Assembly: GCA_023424395.1 (NCBI GenBank)
Contig: JAFADY010000037.1
Span: 1,647 to 65,646, forward strand
Direction: 5' to 3'
DNA: 64,000 bases
Source of the DNA: Bacteroidota bacterium
GTDB lineage: Bacteria > Bacteroidota > Bacteroidia > Bacteroidales > Dysgonomonadaceae
Of the stretch, positions 59,424 through 64,000 are shown piece after piece (position 1 is the stretch's first letter; the number at the start of each line of letters is the position of its first letter). The notes beneath the pieces were generated by a model that saw nothing but the letters and a program-made list of their open reading frames with translations, did no database searches and was not told the origin of the DNA. A program made the translations under genes and the position numbers.

Positions 59424-59822
59424 TTATTTGTAATCGTTTGGCGTTATATGAATTGTTTTGATAATAGTTCCTACGCTATCTGCGTAAATGTAGTCGATGT
59501 TCAATTTATTTTGGGTGAAGATTTTTAAATCGGGATTGAGATTGAACTCGTTTTTCATATTATTTTTGACATTTGCTTCACTCTCCTTTAATAAAAAAGA
59601 AGGGTCATTTGTATTGACGATTCTGTACAGATATTGAAAAGTGTTATCTTCAGTAACTTTCGCGCCCATAAAAATTGTAAAAGTATCCAATTGTTGAGGT
59701 GCGGATTGATTTAGATTCTTTGCCATTTCCGTTAGCTGGGTATGAAGTCTTTTTTCGTTTGAACAGTTAAAAAAGATGAGCAAACTTACAATAACGAAGA
59801 AAAGATGTAGTGTTTTGCGCAT
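59424..59822 (-). CDS. lipoprotein, unknown function
   Basis: Lipobox FFNC. 132 aa. Confidence 0.55.
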   Translation of the reverse strand: MRKTLHLFFVIVSLLIFFNCSNEKRLHTQLTEMAKNLNQSAPQQLDTFTIFMGAKVTEDNTFQYLYRIVNTNDPSFLLKESEANVKNNMKNEFNLNPDLKIFTQNKLNIDYIYADSVGTIIKTIHITPNDYK

Positions 59823-59841
59823 AGCATAATGTTATTTAGCG

Positions 59842-59849
59842 CAAATGTA
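59842..59849 (-). promoter_or_regulatory. -7 promoter box (TACATTTG on minus strand) for the lipoprotein/CD225 cluster
   Basis: Plus-strand CAAATGTA lies 20 nt upstream of the ATG at 59822. Confidence 0.5.
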
Positions 59850-59912
59850 AGAAAGTTTACTTACGACGGAAAATTTTCTTTGATTATTTTTGCAGATAGC
59901 CGTAAAAAATTT

Positions 59913-59942
59913 TTGGCAGAATGTCTCACGACATCCTGCCAA
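59913..59942 (-). terminator. hairpin, probable terminator of dgt
   Basis: TTGGCAGAATGTC-TCAC-GACATCCTGCCAA forms a 13-bp stem with one mismatch. On the minus strand it is followed by AAAAATTTTTT. Confidence 0.5.
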
Positions 59943-60072
59943 ATTTGTTAACCTTAAATCTAATACTATTATGAAAAAACCACGTGGCAAATATAAAAAA
60001 GAAATATTTATTAAACAAATAATTTCAATAAAAAATTAAAAAATAATTATTTTTATCAAAATGTAAGTGAAT

Positions 60073-61404
60073 TCAGATAATTGGTAAACCCATACCTGTT
60101 ATTTTGCGATACAAATCGAGGGCATACACGTCGGTCATTCCCGAGACATAATCGATGACTGATTGGATTTTTCCGTATAAAGTCGGAGAATTTGTTTCGT
60201 ACTGCTCAGGAATGCGTTGCAACAACAATTTAGAATATTCGTGTTCGGGATTTTGAATGGCATCGGTAAAAGTTTCCAATAAAAACCCGATAATCCGGTA
60301 TCCGGCCAACTCGATATCCAACACGTCTTTCGACCGATAAATATTTTCCACCGCAAAATTGGAACACGTTTTATATGCCTCTTTCGCCTTCGGCGAAATA
60401 TTTTTTATGAGTGTACCCTCAAATTTACCTGCAAGAATTTGTTCTTTGTTTTCCAAAAAAACGCGCGAACATTCGTTTACCAACAACCCGATCACACTTG
60501 CGCGTAAATAAGCAATCTGCTCATTTACATCGCTTACCAATTCCAAATTTTTAAGTCTTTGCTGTAATTGATCTCCCTCAAAAAAACCGAGTAACAGTTC
60601 TTTGGCTTTTTCAGTAGAAAGTAAATGCAGCTTGTGCGCGTCTTCAATATCCATTACCTGATAGCAAATATCGTCGGCAGCTTCCACCAAATACACGAGC
60701 GGATAGCGCGAAAATTTCAGCGAATTTTCGTTCAATTGCTTAATTCCCAAACTCGATACAATTTGCGCGTACGCCTGCTCTTCCGACGCGAAGAAACCAA
60801 ACTTGTTTTTTCCGCCGCTCAATTCCGACGAGTACGGGTATTTCACGATAGAAGCCAACGTGCTGTACGTTAATGCAAAACCGCCTTCCCGACGGCCTCG
60901 GAATCGGTGCATCAATAAACGAATGGCGTTAGCGTTTCCTTCAAAACAGGTAAAATCCGTCCAACGGCCACCTTCACTTTCCACTTTAGGTTGTAGAACC
61001 TTGCCTTTTCCTTCGGAGAAAAAAGTGGAAATGGCTTTTTCACCCGAATGGCCGAACGGCGGATTTCCTAAATCGTGCGCCAAACACGCGGCCGAAACTA
61101 TCGACCCGATCTCTTCGAAATGCGCATCCAACGCCGGATATTTCTTTCGCAATTCCCGCCCGACGTTTTCGCCCAACGAACGCCCCACGCTCGAAACCTC
61201 CAAGCTGTGTGTCAACCGGTTATGCACAAAAACGCTTCCTGGAAGCGGAAAAACCTGCGTTTTATTTTGCAATCGGCGAAAAGGCGACGAAAATATCAAC
61301 CGGTCATAATCGCGCTGATACTCTGTGCGTTCGTGCTTGTTTTTATCGTGATAGCCTTCCAATCCAAGCCGTTTGGTGGAAAGCAGCTGCTGCCAATTCA
61401 TCAT
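60073..61404 (-). CDS. dgt: dGTP triphosphohydrolase-like HD-domain protein
   Basis: Start at MMNWQQLLSTKRLG. The -7 box at 61426-61433 lies inside the longer ORF-track extension. Motifs RLTHSLEV and HDLGNPPFGH. Confidence 0.9.
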   Translation of the reverse strand: MMNWQQLLSTKRLGLEGYHDKNKHERTEYQRDYDRLIFSSPFRRLQNKTQVFPLPGSVFVHNRLTHSLEVSSVGRSLGENVGRELRKKYPALDAHFEEIGSIVSAACLAHDLGNPPFGHSGEKAISTFFSEGKGKVLQPKVESEGGRWTDFTCFEGNANAIRLLMHRFRGRREGGFALTYSTLASIVKYPYSSELSGGKNKFGFFASEEQAYAQIVSSLGIKQLNENSLKFSRYPLVYLVEAADDICYQVMDIEDAHKLHLLSTEKAKELLLGFFEGDQLQQRLKNLELVSDVNEQIAYLRASVIGLLVNECSRVFLENKEQILAGKFEGTLIKNISPKAKEAYKTCSNFAVENIYRSKDVLDIELAGYRIIGFLLETFTDAIQNPEHEYSKLLLQRIPEQYETNSPTLYGKIQSVIDYVSGMTDVYALDLYRKITGMGLPII

Positions 61405-61425
61405 AAAAATTAGTATTTTGAAACA

Positions 61426-61433
61426 CAAAGATA
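61426..61433 (-). promoter_or_regulatory. -7 promoter box (TATCTTTG on minus strand) for dgt
   Basis: Plus-strand CAAAGATA lies 22 nt upstream of the ATG at 61404. Confidence 0.5.
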
Positions 61434-61514
61434 GAATAAAGTTTTGGGCGTTAAAAAAGAAGATATTTTCATTTTTTAAATCCAATTTATGTAGGCAAAT
61501 TATCCAAATAGCGT

Positions 61515-61522
61515 TAAATTTG
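61515..61522 (+). promoter_or_regulatory. -7 promoter box (TAAATTTG) for purF
   Basis: Lies 27 nt upstream of the ATG at 61549. Confidence 0.5.
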
Positions 61523-61548
61523 TACCTTAATTTCAGAAAGGCTTATCA

Positions 61549-63477
61549 ATGACTGATCAAATCAAGCACGAATGCGGTATCGCGATGATCCGCCTCCTCA
61601 AACCTCTCGATTATTATTACAAAAAATACGGTTCCTGGCAATATGGTTTAGACAAATTGTATTTGCTGATGGAAAAACAACACAACCGCGGACAGGAAGG
61701 CGCCGGGTTGGGCGCGGTGAAATTGGAATCGGCTCCGGGAAACGAGTTTATTTTCCGTGAAAGAGCCCTTGGCTCAAGCGCCATTTCCGAGATTTTTGGT
61801 AATGTGCACAAGACTTTCAAAGAATTTAAAGAAAAGCAGCTTCAGGACATCGATTTCGTAAAAAAATCGGTTCCGTTTGCTGCCGAATTATTTATTGGAC
61901 ATTTGCGTTACAGTACCACAGGCAAAAGCGGCTTAACGTATGTGCATCCGTTGCTGCGGCGTAATAACTGGGCATCGAGAAGCCTCGCGCTCGCGGGAAA
62001 CTTCAATATGACCAACGTAGATGAAATGTTTGAGCAACTGATTCTGGAAGGACAACATCCGCGCGATTATGCCGATACGTTTGTAATGCTGGAATCGCTC
62101 GGGCATTACCTCGACCGCGAGGTACAATATCAATACGATCGTACCGAAAAAGCCAATTTGAACGGGCAGGAAGTGAGCCACCTTATTGAAGAAAAACTCG
62201 ATATTCCATTCCTTTTGAAACGTGCAAGCAAAATCTGGGACGGCGGCTACGCGCTTTGCGGGCTGATTGGTTGCGGCGATACATTTACATTGCGCGATCC
62301 GTGGGGAATTCGCTCCGCATTTTATTATCACGATGATGAAGTAGCAGTTGTGGCTTCAGAACGTCCCGTAATACAAACCGCTTTCAACCTGAAAAAAGAA
62401 GATGTTCACGAATTGAAACCCGGTGAGGCTTTTATTGTAAAACGAAACGGAAAAATAAACCTGACACAGATTTTGGACCCCAAAGAAAAAATAACGCCTT
62501 GCTCTTTTGAACGCATTTATTTCTCACGTGGGTCGGATTACGATATTTATCGCGAAAGAAAAAAACTGGGAGAATTGCTCGTTCCAAAAATTATGGACGC
62601 GATTGATAATGATTTTGATAACAGCGTTTTCTCTTTTATTCCCAACACGGCAGAAGTGGCGTATTTCGGGATGCTTGAGGGACTCGAAAATCATTTCAAT
62701 CACACCAAAGCGGTGGAATTGCTGGAAAAACGCGACCAATTAACTCCCGATGAAGTAGAATCCATTCTGTCCAAACGTGTGCGCTCGGAGAAAGTGGCCA
62801 TAAAGGACATCAAATTGCGTACATTTATTGCGCAGGGAAATACCCGAAACGATTTGGCTGCACACGTTTACGATGTTACGTACGGCTCGTTGCGCCGTGA
62901 AAAAGATTCGCTGGTGATCATAGACGACAGCATCGTTCGCGGAACTACGCTGAAACAGAGTATCATAAAAATCCTCGACCGCTTAGACCCGAAAAAAATA
63001 GTAATTGTATCATCTTCACCGCAAATTCGCTATCCTGATTGTTACGGCATCGATATGTCGCGAATGAGCGAATTTATCGCATTCAAAGCGGCAATTGCGT
63101 TGCTCAAAGAACGTGGAATGCAGAACGTAATAGACGAAGTGTACGAAAAATGTGTGGAGCAGAGCCGGAAACAGAAAGAAGAAATCGTGAATCACGTAAA
63201 AGGGATTTATGCTCCATTTACCGAAGAGGAAGTTTCGGACAAAATTGCTCAAATGCTTACCGACGAAGATATTAAAGCAAATGTAAAAATTGTCTTCCAA
63301 AGCATTGAAGATCTGCACAAAGCCTGCCCCGCCAATAACGGCGACTGGTATTTTTCGGGCAATTATCCCACTCCCGGCGGGAACAGATTGGTTAATAATG
63401 CGTTTATTAATTATATAGAAGGCCAAGAAAACAAAGCCTACCAATATTCATTTAATTTTTCAAGAAACGGCGGATGA
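61549..63477 (+). CDS. purF: amidophosphoribosyltransferase (long Bacteroidota form)
   Basis: N-terminal nucleophile context HECGIA, a class II GATase fold, and the PRTase motif LVIIDDSIVRGTT. Confidence 0.9.
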   Translation: MTDQIKHECGIAMIRLLKPLDYYYKKYGSWQYGLDKLYLLMEKQHNRGQEGAGLGAVKLESAPGNEFIFRERALGSSAISEIFGNVHKTFKEFKEKQLQDIDFVKKSVPFAAELFIGHLRYSTTGKSGLTYVHPLLRRNNWASRSLALAGNFNMTNVDEMFEQLILEGQHPRDYADTFVMLESLGHYLDREVQYQYDRTEKANLNGQEVSHLIEEKLDIPFLLKRASKIWDGGYALCGLIGCGDTFTLRDPWGIRSAFYYHDDEVAVVASERPVIQTAFNLKKEDVHELKPGEAFIVKRNGKINLTQILDPKEKITPCSFERIYFSRGSDYDIYRERKKLGELLVPKIMDAIDNDFDNSVFSFIPNTAEVAYFGMLEGLENHFNHTKAVELLEKRDQLTPDEVESILSKRVRSEKVAIKDIKLRTFIAQGNTRNDLAAHVYDVTYGSLRREKDSLVIIDDSIVRGTTLKQSIIKILDRLDPKKIVIVSSSPQIRYPDCYGIDMSRMSEFIAFKAAIALLKERGMQNVIDEVYEKCVEQSRKQKEEIVNHVKGIYAPFTEEEVSDKIAQMLTDEDIKANVKIVFQSIEDLHKACPANNGDWYFSGNYPTPGGNRLVNNAFINYIEGQENKAYQYSFNFSRNGG

Positions 63478-64000
63478 TAGAACGCATTATAATTTTAGAA
63501 AGTATTGATCCTGTGGTGTTTTTTGGTATCAACAACAACAATATTCAGTTGCTGAAAACGTTGTTCCCGAAACTGCGCATTGTGGCGCGCGGGAATGTGA
63601 TAAAAGTGATTGGCGAAGAGGAAGAACTCGCTATTTTTGAAGAAAAAATACACGAATTGGAGAAATTCAGCATCGAAATGAACGTGCTGAAGGAAGAAGA
63701 CATTCTTGACATCGTGAAAGGAAAAGCGCCTACAATTGTCAATCAAGACAATTTGATCATTCACGGCATGAACGGGAAACCCATTGTGGCGCGCACCGCC
63801 AATCAGAAAAAACTGGTGGAAGCGTTCGACGAGAACGATATGGTTTTCGCTATTGGCCCTGCCGGTTCGGGAAAAACATACACAGCAATTGCGCTGGCTG
63901 TTCGTGCGTTAAAAACAAAACAGGTTCGCAAGATCATTCTCAGTCGTCCGGCTGTGGAGGCGGGCGAAAAACTCGGTTTCTTACCCGGTGATATGAAAGA
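63474..64000 (+). CDS. phoH: PhoH family ATPase (5' partial, runs off the window)
   Basis: My own translation from the ATG at 63474, which overlaps the purF stop (ATGA), is open to the end of the window. It contains QKKLVEAF...FAIGPAGSGKTYTAIALAV (Walker A) and ILSRPAVEAGEKLGFLPGD. Confidence 0.85.
   Translation, partial: MIERIIILESIDPVVFFGINNNNIQLLKTLFPKLRIVARGNVIKVIGEEEELAIFEEKIHELEKFSIEMNVLKEEDILDIVKGKAPTIVNQDNLIIHGMNGKPIVARTANQKKLVEAFDENDMVFAIGPAGSGKTYTAIALAVRALKTKQVRKIILSRPAVEAGEKLGFLPGDMK

Overview
This 64-kb window looks like a chromosomal segment from a member of the Bacteroidota. The evidence is a TAnnTTTG '-7' promoter box upstream of most genes, a T9SS C-terminal sorting domain, the large Bacteroidota-type LepB and PurF, and the conserved dut-TPR-DUF4292-M23 and dapB-lepB-wbqC neighbourhoods. 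About 55 genes are tightly packed and most are housekeeping: glyA, metG, ligA, rpsF-rpsR-rplI, dapB, lepB, gltX, guaA, dut, uvrA, dgt, purF and a partial phoH. I found no tRNA, rRNA, CRISPR array, transposase or integrase.

I do not see a clear multi-gene novel system. The observations most worth a second look are:
1. A roughly 1-kb AT-rich methyltransferase cassette sits in the 3' end of uvrA. It is bracketed by a direct duplication of the uvrA C-terminal coding sequence, and the original terminator has been displaced.
2. That methyltransferase carries an in-frame (AG)15 microsatellite, which makes it a phase-variation candidate.
3. A lipoprotein is made of two fused ecotin domains with Lys and Arg at the predicted P1 positions.
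4. A ParE/RelE toxin gene is interrupted by an in-frame TGA, next to an intact antitoxin gene.
5. An AT-rich islet (37.6-38.9 kb) holds small lipoprotein genes, one broken at an A5 run, plus a coding remnant.
6. A family of 7-8-bp-period intergenic tandem repeats and a repeated 13-14-bp palindrome recur across the window.
7. GC-rich hairpin mini-elements are embedded in the metG and wbqC reading frames.
8. Two accessory membrane modules are present: DUF2975/XRE/CPBP with a perfect 15-bp inverted repeat, and DUF2752/CD225/GYF-CD225.

All functional calls come from reading the translated ORFs and motifs by eye. No database search was run.
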